A stretch of DNA of 64,000 bases, from positions 1-64,000 of IMG/VR virus record IMGVR_UViG_3300029787_005266; one strand, written 5' to 3'. The DNA comes from a virus. Shown piece by piece: positions 37,288 through 46,060 of the stretch. The first letter of the stretch is position 1, and each line of letters opens with the position of its first letter. The notes beneath the pieces were generated by a model, which saw nothing but the letters and a program-made list of their open reading frames with translations, was not told where the DNA came from and ran no database searches. The translations under genes were made by a program, and so were the position numbers.

Positions 37288-39432
37288 ATGGCATACACAA
37301 TTAACAAGACTGATGGTACTATTATTGCACAAGTAGAAGATGGAGTATTGAACACTGATACCTCATTGCAACTGATTGGCAGAAATTATCAATCATACGG
37401 TGAGCCATTCAACGAAAATCTTGTAAAATTATTAGAAAATTCAGCAGGTACTTCAGCACCAAGTAATCCTATTAGAGGAGAATTATGGTATGATGTTACT
37501 AATTTACAACTTAAAGTTTATGATGGAAACAATTTTGTTGCCATAGGTGCAACACGCAATTCAGCCACTGCTCCAACTAATGGTGTAAGAACAGGAGATT
37601 TATGGAATCATATCACTAATGATCAGTTGTACTTGTATGATGGCACCAACTGGGATCTGATTGGACCAATTTACAAAGCAGGTGATGGCAAGTCAGGATG
37701 GTTAGTGGATGAAGAAAATTTATCAGGAGGTGGCACAGCAAATGTTGTAGGTCTATATCAAGATGGCACACGAGTAGGAATATTATCAGCAACTGAAAGA
37801 ACATTGGCATCAACACCAACAGGATTCGATTCTGCTACAATTAAAAAAGGATTAACATTTTACACTGACACAGATTCAACAACATTCAGATTGAATGGCA
37901 CAGCTCAGAATGCATTAGAACTTGGTGGCACACCGGCCGCAAATTATATTAACACTACAGACAATTCAACCATGAGTGGTACACTGTCAATTACAAATTC
38001 TCAAGGACTATCATTTGGACCATCAAGTGAAGGTCAATTGTTTATAGATTCAAACAATGTCATACTACAGAATAATAATTTTGATTCTATATTCTTTAGA
38101 ATCAATCAATCATCAGTATTAGTAAATGCTGTAGAAATTACAAATGCCGCAGATTTAAGAGTGTATGGAAACTTACAAGTGGATGGTAACTTAGTGACCA
38201 CTGGATCATCATCGTCGTTTGCTGATTCTAAATTAGTAGTAAATGACCAATCACCTAGAGCATCTAACCAAAATGCTGGACTTGATATAGAAGGCGGCAG
38301 TGCAGGCACAGATGTCACATTACTTGTCACAGGTTCAGATGGTGGATACTTGGAGTCATCATCAGGTTTATCTGTTGCAACAGGCAAAGCATTCAGTGTA
38401 AACGGAACATCTGTTTTGAATGCCACAACTTTAGGATCAGCTGTAGTATCATCGTCTTTGACACAAGTTGGAGATTTATCAGTAGGAAACATAGTGAATG
38501 GATTTGGACCAATCAACAACAAAGGTAATGATGTACAAACCACAGGTGTAACAAGTAACAGTGACATTATTGTTGAAGCCAGTTCATCAGATTCAACAGT
38601 CAAATGCACAATCACAGCAGTGAATGGAAATATTTTATCCCAAGGCACAGTGACAGGAACTAACGGAGTGATAGGTGGGAATACAACAATTAGTGGAAAC
38701 GCAATAATAAATTCAAGTGGCGGAATAGACTTTGACGATGAAAATTTATCAACTTCTGGAACTATTACTGGAGCATCATTTACAGGAACTACTGTTGATA
38801 CTTCAATATTAAAAAGTACAGACTCTACATTAATCACAGTTCAAGATGGCATGAGTATAGAAGGCGACCTTGTAGTGGAATCAATAAGTTCAGATGATTC
38901 AACATTTATTACAATCAACAGTGGAATTGAATTAGGTGGGCCGATCAGAGCAAACGATTCAGGCGCTGTGCAAATTGATGAAGGATTAAGAGTCTCGGGA
39001 GCATTGACAGTTTTAGACAATATAACGATTGCAGGAACAACAACAGTAAGTCAAGTTTTAGATGAAGATGATTTTTCATCCGATGCCAATGATGCATTGG
39101 CCACACAACAATCGATAAAGGCATATGTGGCAACACAGATTGCGGCAATTTCAACAGATTTATTTTTCTCTTTGAATACAACAGGATTATCAAACACAGA
39201 CATAGCATCACTTTTGGACACATTGGCTCCATCAGCGGCAACAGGCACTAAAGCAAGAATAGCTGGTGTAAGTATCACTGCTTCTTCATCTTCATCATCC
39301 AACTATGTAGCGGCAATTGGTGATTCAAGAAATTCAGTATCAACGTCCACAAGCACTACACTGAACCACACAAGAAATAATGACTTACTATTCACACGTG
39401 GTGGCTCCAACTGGGCATACACTTCAGGTTAA
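37288..39432 (+). CDS. Tail fibre protein 2 (MAYTINKTDG paralog)
   Basis: Same N-terminal module; GDLW repeats, DST repeats, LATQQSIKAYV; GTTAAATA upstream. Confidence 0.75.
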   Translation: MAYTINKTDGTIIAQVEDGVLNTDTSLQLIGRNYQSYGEPFNENLVKLLENSAGTSAPSNPIRGELWYDVTNLQLKVYDGNNFVAIGATRNSATAPTNGVRTGDLWNHITNDQLYLYDGTNWDLIGPIYKAGDGKSGWLVDEENLSGGGTANVVGLYQDGTRVGILSATERTLASTPTGFDSATIKKGLTFYTDTDSTTFRLNGTAQNALELGGTPAANYINTTDNSTMSGTLSITNSQGLSFGPSSEGQLFIDSNNVILQNNNFDSIFFRINQSSVLVNAVEITNAADLRVYGNLQVDGNLVTTGSSSSFADSKLVVNDQSPRASNQNAGLDIEGGSAGTDVTLLVTGSDGGYLESSSGLSVATGKAFSVNGTSVLNATTLGSAVVSSSLTQVGDLSVGNIVNGFGPINNKGNDVQTTGVTSNSDIIVEASSSDSTVKCTITAVNGNILSQGTVTGTNGVIGGNTTISGNAIINSSGGIDFDDENLSTSGTITGASFTGTTVDTSILKSTDSTLITVQDGMSIEGDLVVESISSDDSTFITINSGIELGGPIRANDSGAVQIDEGLRVSGALTVLDNITIAGTTTVSQVLDEDDFSSDANDALATQQSIKAYVATQIAAISTDLFFSLNTTGLSNTDIASLLDTLAPSAATGTKARIAGVSITASSSSSSNYVAAIGDSRNSVSTSTSTTLNHTRNNDLLFTRGGSNWAYTSG

Positions 39433-39435
39433 CAA

Positions 39436-39930
39436 ATGCCTATTCAGGCTCCTACACTTATTGAAAATTATTTAGGTAATGCTGAACATATCCTTGATCA
39501 TGCAATACAGCATGGAGATTTTACAAGGCGTGAAAAAGGCAAACGCAAATATCATCAGGCAAAACCTGGTGGTCCAATCAGCAAATTTTCTTCTTGGTTT
39601 ATTCATGTGCATGATTCATTTGCTGATGTAATATTTGAAACAATCCCACATGATCGCAAACATTGTACACAATTGGTATTGAACAAATATGATCCTGGAG
39701 ATTATCTAGTAAAACACTGTGACGCACAAGGTTTATATTGGAAGTTTAAATTAGTGTATTTGACTGCTGGAGAACCACATTTTTGTTGGTATGATGAGCA
39801 TGATAATCAACATTTCATACAGGAAAAAGTAGGCAGTATGCTGGATATGGATATTGGACTGTATCATGAAGTTACAATGATTGGTGATCATGAGCCAACA
39901 AAGTATAGCCTCTGTCTTTTATACGAATAA
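39436..39930 (+). CDS. 2OG-Fe(II) oxygenase-like protein
   Basis: NKYDPGDYLVKHCD (HxD) and distal YHEV...KYSL motif of the DSBH fold. Confidence 0.7.
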   Translation: MPIQAPTLIENYLGNAEHILDHAIQHGDFTRREKGKRKYHQAKPGGPISKFSSWFIHVHDSFADVIFETIPHDRKHCTQLVLNKYDPGDYLVKHCDAQGLYWKFKLVYLTAGEPHFCWYDEHDNQHFIQEKVGSMLDMDIGLYHEVTMIGDHEPTKYSLCLLYE

Positions 39931-39941
39931 ATAACAGCACA

Positions 39942-40400
39942 ATGGCCAAGCAACAAATGACATTAATGTTCAATGCAAAAACAGGCATTCTGTTAGGTGA
40001 AAAACCTACAGATAATGACGTATTAGATCTAAGTAAATTCAAATTTAAAGATGTTGAAATAGATCCTATACTGGATTTTTATGATGGAGACTATGACACT
40101 GGATCAGTCAAAGCCTGTGATGAGAAACCCATGCTGAATGAATCAATTGTAAATGCACAAACCACTGAAAATATTGAAACAAAATATCCTTTGCACAAAC
40201 AATTAAACATAATGATGGACATGTTAGACAAAAGTGATATGCCTAACACTTCTGAATTTGCAGACATGATGACACATATCAAGGATGTAGTAGAAGCAAG
40301 TAAACTTAAAAAGAAGACTTACTTAGAGTCAGATGCTTATCATTATGAAACAGAAGAAGAAGCAAAGGAAAAGGCAAAGAAAGCGGTTGATTTCGACTAA
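39942..40400 (+). CDS. Hypothetical protein, possible tail-fibre assembly chaperone
   Basis: YPLHKQLNI motif resembles YP...Q fibre-associated proteins; AATAAATA upstream. Confidence 0.45.
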   Translation: MAKQQMTLMFNAKTGILLGEKPTDNDVLDLSKFKFKDVEIDPILDFYDGDYDTGSVKACDEKPMLNESIVNAQTTENIETKYPLHKQLNIMMDMLDKSDMPNTSEFADMMTHIKDVVEASKLKKKTYLESDAYHYETEEEAKEKAKKAVDFD

Positions 40401-40410
40401 AAATCGAATG

Positions 40411-40418
40411 TATAAATA
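40411..40418 (+). promoter_or_regulatory. T4-type late promoter TATAAATA
   Basis: Exact consensus 10 nt before the ATG at 40429. Confidence 0.7.
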
Positions 40419-40428
40419 TTAATAGATC

Positions 40429-41976
40429 ATGGCATATACAATTAATAAAACAGACGGATCAGTACTAGCTACAATAGCAGATGGTACTTTAGATACCTCA
40501 ACCAGTTTACAACTCATAGGAAAAAACTATGCAGGTTACGGTGAAATCCTAAATGAAAATACAGTAAAGTTATTAGAAAATTTTGCAAACTCATCGGCAC
40601 CAACAAATCCTTTAACTGGACAAATGTATTACAACACTGCCACAGCACAGGTTGAAGTTTATAATGGAACAGCGTTCAAGGCAGTATCAGGAGCAATTAT
40701 TTCTTCCACATCACCTACAACAGGATCACAAGGTGACTTATGGTATGATTCAGTCAACGGACAAGTTTATGTGTATTCAGGCACTGCTTGGGTATTGGTT
40801 GGACCACAAGCAACAGCAGGATCAGGAACATCAGGAGCCATTGTTAAATCAATTACTGATACTACTGGTACCGACAGAATTGTTACACAATTGGTTGTAT
40901 CAGATTCAATTGTTGCAATGGCATCATCTGTTGAATTTACACCACAGATTGCTGTATCAGGATATGCTACAATTAAAAAAGGACTTACATTAGGAACACA
41001 AATTACAAGCAACAAGTTCCAAGGCACAGCAACTGACTCAGATGCATTAGGTGGAGTTGTTGCCGCAAACTATTTTAGATCAGATGCTTCAGACACAACC
41101 ACAGGCACAGTAACTATAGCTTCTGACTCACCTTTGATTATAGGGGCAGATGGAGATTTAACAGTAACACAATCTGGATCAAACACAACTTTCAAAAATG
41201 TTACCACAGATGGAAATATTATTTTCAATGTAAATGATGGCGGAGTCGACACAGCAGTATTGACACTGACTGGATCAGATGCATCAGCAACAGTAACCAA
41301 CTTAACTATTTCAGGCGATTTGACTGTGAGTGGCACAACAACCACATTGAATACAACAAACATGGTGGTTGAAGATCCACTAATGATACTAAACAAAAAC
41401 GCGGCATCAATCAGTGATAGAGATATTGGTCTTGTGTTTGATAGAGGTATTAACCAAAATGTTGCCTTTATTTGGGATGAGTCTGCAGATGAATTTGCAC
41501 TTGTAACAACAAATGAAGACGGTACAACAGCAGGTGCTGTTAGTATTGTTGGCTATGCCACTTTACATGCAACATCCACTGCCGCACAATATTCTGACCT
41601 TGCTGAGCGTTATGAAGCAGACTCAGTAATGGAGCCAGGAGATGTTGTAAAAATTGGCGGTGAAAAAGAAATTACAAAAACAGTATCAGCAAATGATACA
41701 GATGTGTTTGGTGTTATATCAACTGATCCAGCATACAAAATGAATGAGGATGCTGGTAACAACGACACACATCCACACGTTGCACTTACAGGTCGTGTAC
41801 CATGTAAAGTAATAGGTGCTGTAACAAAAGGTGAAAGATTAGTTTCGTCGGATACAACAGGGGTTGCAATAGTGGCAACTGGTGATTATAATATGCAAAG
41901 TGTAATTGGACGTGCTTTAGAAACAAGCACTGATGATGGTGTTAAAACAATAGAAGTTGTGGTAGGTAAAAATTAA
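40429..41976 (+). CDS. Tail fibre protein 3 (MAYTINKTDG paralog) with C-terminal chaperone/peptidase G2-like domain
   Basis: Same N-terminal module. The C-terminal AQYSDLAERY...GRVPCKV...IGRALE region is paralogous to the reverse-strand fibre. Confidence 0.8.
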   Translation: MAYTINKTDGSVLATIADGTLDTSTSLQLIGKNYAGYGEILNENTVKLLENFANSSAPTNPLTGQMYYNTATAQVEVYNGTAFKAVSGAIISSTSPTTGSQGDLWYDSVNGQVYVYSGTAWVLVGPQATAGSGTSGAIVKSITDTTGTDRIVTQLVVSDSIVAMASSVEFTPQIAVSGYATIKKGLTLGTQITSNKFQGTATDSDALGGVVAANYFRSDASDTTTGTVTIASDSPLIIGADGDLTVTQSGSNTTFKNVTTDGNIIFNVNDGGVDTAVLTLTGSDASATVTNLTISGDLTVSGTTTTLNTTNMVVEDPLMILNKNAASISDRDIGLVFDRGINQNVAFIWDESADEFALVTTNEDGTTAGAVSIVGYATLHATSTAAQYSDLAERYEADSVMEPGDVVKIGGEKEITKTVSANDTDVFGVISTDPAYKMNEDAGNNDTHPHVALTGRVPCKVIGAVTKGERLVSSDTTGVAIVATGDYNMQSVIGRALETSTDDGVKTIEVVVGKN

Positions 41977-42968
41977 TGGGTTATACAGCTGGTGATACTA
42001 TACTAGATAATGAGTACAATGATTTTGCCAATGATGCAAGTAATAACATTAACGCAATTTGGGGTGCCAGTACTGGCAACAAAGGATACGGCCAAACAAA
42101 CACTATATCGGCTGTTAGTGCCGGCAATGCCATTACAGCGGCACAATGGAACACTCTACAAGACAGATTAAAATCAATTGCAGATCACCAAGGTACAACT
42201 ATTAACAATGCGGCTGGATCACTTTCAGGTGGAGATACAGTTGAAATTTTAGCCAATTTTGGTGCTGATATAACCACAGTCACAAACGCAAGATACACAG
42301 TGGCAGGAGCCAATGTTACAGCATCATCCAACCCTAACTCAATTAACAGATCATACACAGGAGATTGGACTACAAACACTATACATGAATGCAAATTTAC
42401 TTTTGCATCATCTGATGCGGCAAGATACTTTTTCAATGCAGGTGGATCAATCACTCATGTATGGAATTTGTCTGGAAGTACAACATCAGACAAGTCCTCT
42501 GAGTGGGTAGACTTATTCAACACTAAAGCGGCCACATTCACTTTGGCGGGCGCCACTGATGGATTGAGTGGATCAGGATCACAGAATACAAATGCTAACG
42601 ATGGATTTTGGAATACAAACTTGACCAATGGTGGATCCTATGTGGTAATTCAAAAAATGTTTGCTGACTCATCACCATACACATCAAACTATGTGCAATG
42701 GGAAGTAAAAATATCAGGCACATCAGGATCACTAGGCGGTAAAGGCGAAGTGGTTACAATCAAAGCCACAGCTAAAGACGATGCGGCTGATTCAAGTGAT
42801 GAAGGACAAGGACCACAGGATGCCGCTGATGCGGCTCAAACAGCACTTGATGTTGTGGACGGCACACTGACATCATCATGGACATTTAATAAACCAAATA
42901 CTAACCAATTGAACAACGATGCTATAGGCACAATTACAGCGGCTGAAGTATCTCAAACTCAAGCATAA
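41976..42968 (+). CDS. Virion structural protein (tail/baseplate associated)
   Basis: GYGQ..., ITAAQWN.L and ARYFFNAGG motifs; S/T/G/N-rich composition; last gene of the tail operon. Confidence 0.6.
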   Translation: MGYTAGDTILDNEYNDFANDASNNINAIWGASTGNKGYGQTNTISAVSAGNAITAAQWNTLQDRLKSIADHQGTTINNAAGSLSGGDTVEILANFGADITTVTNARYTVAGANVTASSNPNSINRSYTGDWTTNTIHECKFTFASSDAARYFFNAGGSITHVWNLSGSTTSDKSSEWVDLFNTKAATFTLAGATDGLSGSGSQNTNANDGFWNTNLTNGGSYVVIQKMFADSSPYTSNYVQWEVKISGTSGSLGGKGEVVTIKATAKDDAADSSDEGQGPQDAADAAQTALDVVDGTLTSSWTFNKPNTNQLNNDAIGTITAAEVSQTQA

Positions 42969-42986
42969 TCACATTTATAATTCTTA

Positions 42987-43015
42987 TTGATTTTTTGGCA
43001 TAAACTTATTATAAT
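42987..43015 (+). promoter_or_regulatory. sigma70-type promoter (TTGATT-17-TATAAT) driving the glycosylation island; -10 ends 5 nt before the ATG
   Basis: TTGATT 42987-42992, TATAAT 43010-43015, ATG at 43021. Confidence 0.65.
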
Positions 43016-43020
43016 AAGTT

Positions 43021-43302
43021 ATGAGTTCGAAACAAAGATTTGCACTAAAACGTGATCTCTTATTGTTACAGCAACGAGTCAAATCACAAGAGGTGTTTGT
43101 GTATAATGGTTGCATGTTCAGGGCCGATGCCGTGACAGTGGCCTATGCACAGACAGTGAAAGATGATGCAGTTATCATAGATATAAATCAAACACCTTGC
43201 AGAATTGAAAACGCAGACGATTTTCGACGTACTCTACAACTTAAACACAACGAAATATTAAATGAGTATGAAAAAGAGTATCAAGAAATCACATTACGAT
43301 AA
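43021..43302 (+). CDS. Hypothetical protein
   Basis: 93-aa ORF, first gene of an overlapping operon. Confidence 0.6.
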   Translation: MSSKQRFALKRDLLLLQQRVKSQEVFVYNGCMFRADAVTVAYAQTVKDDAVIIDINQTPCRIENADDFRRTLQLKHNEILNEYEKEYQEITLR

Positions 43303-44050
43303 AGGCATATTGCTTTTCAGTTTTGACACACCTGAATTACAGTATTCAAAAATCACTAAAAAATGTATTGAACTGTTAAGAATATATTGTCCTGAGATTC
43401 CTGTAGTTGTTGTAGGCGACCAAATTATTAAATCTGCAGATTGGACTATACTGGCAGATGATCCTACTGCTAATGTGCATAATATCCGCGGTCCAAAACC
43501 ATGGAAAAACTTAGCACGAGTTGATGCCTATGAACTATCACCTTTTGATACTACGATAATAATTGATTCTGATTATCTTGTGTATGACAACAATTTACTG
43601 AAGTTGTTTGAATCAGATCAACCAGTGTTGGCACACACCACGTGGTGTGATATAAATTATGCAGAAGTATCCAGACTACCAATGGGCAATTCTATGTTGG
43701 ACATGATGTGGGCAACTGTGTTGATGTTCAAGAAAGACGACGCTGTAAGAGAGATGTTTGACACCTGGAGAAACATTTTGAAAAACTATCAATATTATGC
43801 ACAGATGTTTGGACTGAACAAACGCATGATTAGAAATGACCATGCGTTCACTATTGCTATGGCAAACATGCAAGACCATGGCTCTACAGAACACACAGTG
43901 ATACCATGGGATATTATCACAGCCAATCAAAATTTTGAAGTAAAAAAGATCACAAATAAAAATATTGTGTTGCAAGATCAACATGGCGAAATAATAGTTG
44001 ATCAAAGTGTACACATCTTAAACAAAGAAAGTTTATTAAATGCTATCTGA
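43262..44050 (+). CDS. GT-A fold glycosyltransferase (GT8/Mnn-like)
   Basis: YELSPFDTTIIIDSDY (DxD), RNDHAF and terminal HILNK. Confidence 0.7.
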   Translation: MSMKKSIKKSHYDKGILLFSFDTPELQYSKITKKCIELLRIYCPEIPVVVVGDQIIKSADWTILADDPTANVHNIRGPKPWKNLARVDAYELSPFDTTIIIDSDYLVYDNNLLKLFESDQPVLAHTTWCDINYAEVSRLPMGNSMLDMMWATVLMFKKDDAVREMFDTWRNILKNYQYYAQMFGLNKRMIRNDHAFTIAMANMQDHGSTEHTVIPWDIITANQNFEVKKITNKNIVLQDQHGEIIVDQSVHILNKESLLNAI

Positions 44051-44867
44051 CAAAGAACAGTATGGATATCTTACATATGCTTTGAATACTGGTGACACAG
44101 ATTATGAAAGTATTGCACATCTTTGGGCATTAAGTGTTAAACTTACACACAAACATTGTCCATCACTTGCTGTAATTGTAAAAGACAAACAAAAATGTAG
44201 AAGTAGTTTACACACTGTATTTGATCATGTAATAGAATTACCCATCAGAGATGTTGTTAATAATATGCAGTATGAGTGCGATGTGTTAAAGTTATCACCT
44301 TTCAAAGAAACAGTCAAATTTGAAGCAGACATGCTGTGTACATCCGACATAATGATATGGCAAAAATATTTTAGATTACGTGACTTGTGTTTTACAGGAC
44401 ATGTTTGCAATTTCAAACAACAACAAGCAGATGACTCGAAGTATAGGAGATACATTAAAACAAACCTGTTACCTAATGTATATCAAGGATTATATTATGT
44501 AAGGACAACAAGACAGACCGACAAGTTTATGAAAACAGCTAACAGTGTATTCAATAATTGGGATAAAGAAATTAAAAATTTGAGAATGTTTGACAAATTT
44601 GAACCATCTACAGATTTTGCATTCAGCATAGCATTAGACAAACTAAACATGAATAATTGTGTCAGTAATGATGTGTATCCGTCTTTTATACATGTAAAAC
44701 AAGGGATTGTAAAACAAGCAGATTGGGATCAGATAACATGGAGTTTATTAAAAAATAAGTATTTTACAGTGTGCGGTACACAATTATCATTGCCAATACA
44801 TTATTTTGACAAGTCATTCTGTACGGAAAAACTAATAAGGGAGTATGAATATGCCGTTGGAATATAG
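44040..44867 (+). CDS. GT-A fold glycosyltransferase paralog (GT8/Mnn-like)
   Basis: LSPFKETVKFEADM (ExD), STDFAFSIA, FIHVK and HYFDK; paralog of the previous gene. Confidence 0.65.
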   Translation: MLSDKEQYGYLTYALNTGDTDYESIAHLWALSVKLTHKHCPSLAVIVKDKQKCRSSLHTVFDHVIELPIRDVVNNMQYECDVLKLSPFKETVKFEADMLCTSDIMIWQKYFRLRDLCFTGHVCNFKQQQADDSKYRRYIKTNLLPNVYQGLYYVRTTRQTDKFMKTANSVFNNWDKEIKNLRMFDKFEPSTDFAFSIALDKLNMNNCVSNDVYPSFIHVKQGIVKQADWDQITWSLLKNKYFTVCGTQLSLPIHYFDKSFCTEKLIREYEYAVGI

Positions 44868-45189
44868 AATATATTATCAAGACGAAGAAATTACCACAGT
44901 GACAACACAGACTGCAGAAGGTGAATACATTGTGGTTGATTCAAAAAAATGGCTAGATGTACAAAATAGTCCATCAGCATGGAAAGTAATTGATAAAACA
45001 CTGGAGAAAAAGATTATAGATCGTACAAATGGAAAAAAGAAAAAGAAATTTACAGTGAAAGGTCATGACACATTTCCAGGATGGGTAATAAAAAAATATC
45101 AACTGTATACAGCCATAGAATATGCTATTGAGGAACCTGAGTGGTTTGACCCCGAAAAACATGCAGTAGTAGGATATGAAGATGATTGA
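44845..45189 (+). CDS. Hypothetical protein
   Basis: Overlapping ORF within the operon. Confidence 0.55.
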   Translation: MNMPLEYRIYYQDEEITTVTTQTAEGEYIVVDSKKWLDVQNSPSAWKVIDKTLEKKIIDRTNGKKKKKFTVKGHDTFPGWVIKKYQLYTAIEYAIEEPEWFDPEKHAVVGYEDD

Positions 45190-46060
45190 TGTAGCAGACT
45201 TGGATGTAATTTTTTTAAGTTATAACGAACCAAACAAAGAACACAACTGGGCAGATTTACGTTCTAAATGTCCGTGGGCAAAACGTGTGGACGGTGTAGA
45301 AGGTTCTGATGCGGCACACAAAGCGGCAGGAGAAGCATCAAGCACAGAACGTTTTATTTTGATAGACGGAGACAACATTGTAAATCCTGCCCTATTTGAT
45401 CAACAATTTGATATAGATAGTATGCCATCAGACGCAGTAATACGTTATCAAGGATTGAATATTGTGAATGGATTAAAATATGGCAATGGCGGCGTGTCTT
45501 CTTGGACTAGGAAGTTTGTCAAAGAAATGAAGACACATGAAAACTCACAAGGCGATGATGAAAGTCTAATTGAATTTTGTTTTCACAATCAATATGTTGC
45601 AATTCAAGAATGCTATTCTACTACTGTTATGAACAGCACTGACAAACAAGCATGGCAGGCTGGATTCAGAGAAGGTGTCAAAATGAGTCTTGATGAAGGC
45701 AAACGGGTATCACCGGCAAATTTTGTGAAAAACATATGGCGCGGAAATTTGAGAAATTTGTGTATTTGGATGAGTGTTGGTGCTGATGTAAAGAATGGTC
45801 TATGGGCAATATATGGTGCTTGCCAAGGTTGTCTTTGGACCACACTGCAACAGGATTGGGATCATTCTATTACACGTGACTTTACAGAATTAGACAATAT
45901 ATGGGATCAAACTATTGATCAAGGTGACGAAAGCCGAAAAACAGCTATTAAGGAGATGCACAATGACTTGAACTATCATTTAGGATTAAATGTTGCACTA
46001 CTAGATGATGAACAATCCAAGTTTGTTAAATTTATAAATTCATGTCCAGCGACTACTTAA
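45176..46060 (+). CDS. GT-A fold glycosyltransferase-like protein
   Basis: DVIFLSYNEP, KRVDGVEG..AAHKAA, FILIDGDN (DxD), NGLKYGNGG and AGFREGVK. Confidence 0.7.
   Translation: MKMIDVADLDVIFLSYNEPNKEHNWADLRSKCPWAKRVDGVEGSDAAHKAAGEASSTERFILIDGDNIVNPALFDQQFDIDSMPSDAVIRYQGLNIVNGLKYGNGGVSSWTRKFVKEMKTHENSQGDDESLIEFCFHNQYVAIQECYSTTVMNSTDKQAWQAGFREGVKMSLDEGKRVSPANFVKNIWRGNLRNLCIWMSVGADVKNGLWAIYGACQGCLWTTLQQDWDHSITRDFTELDNIWDQTIDQGDESRKTAIKEMHNDLNYHLGLNVALLDDEQSKFVKFINSCPATT

Noticed and set aside
32049-38837. Long antisense ORFs (e.g. 32049..32675, 32892..33545, 35505..36155, 38106..38837)
   Set aside because: These are shadow frames of Thr/Ser/Ala/Gly-rich fibre genes with biased codon use; they have no motifs or expression signals.
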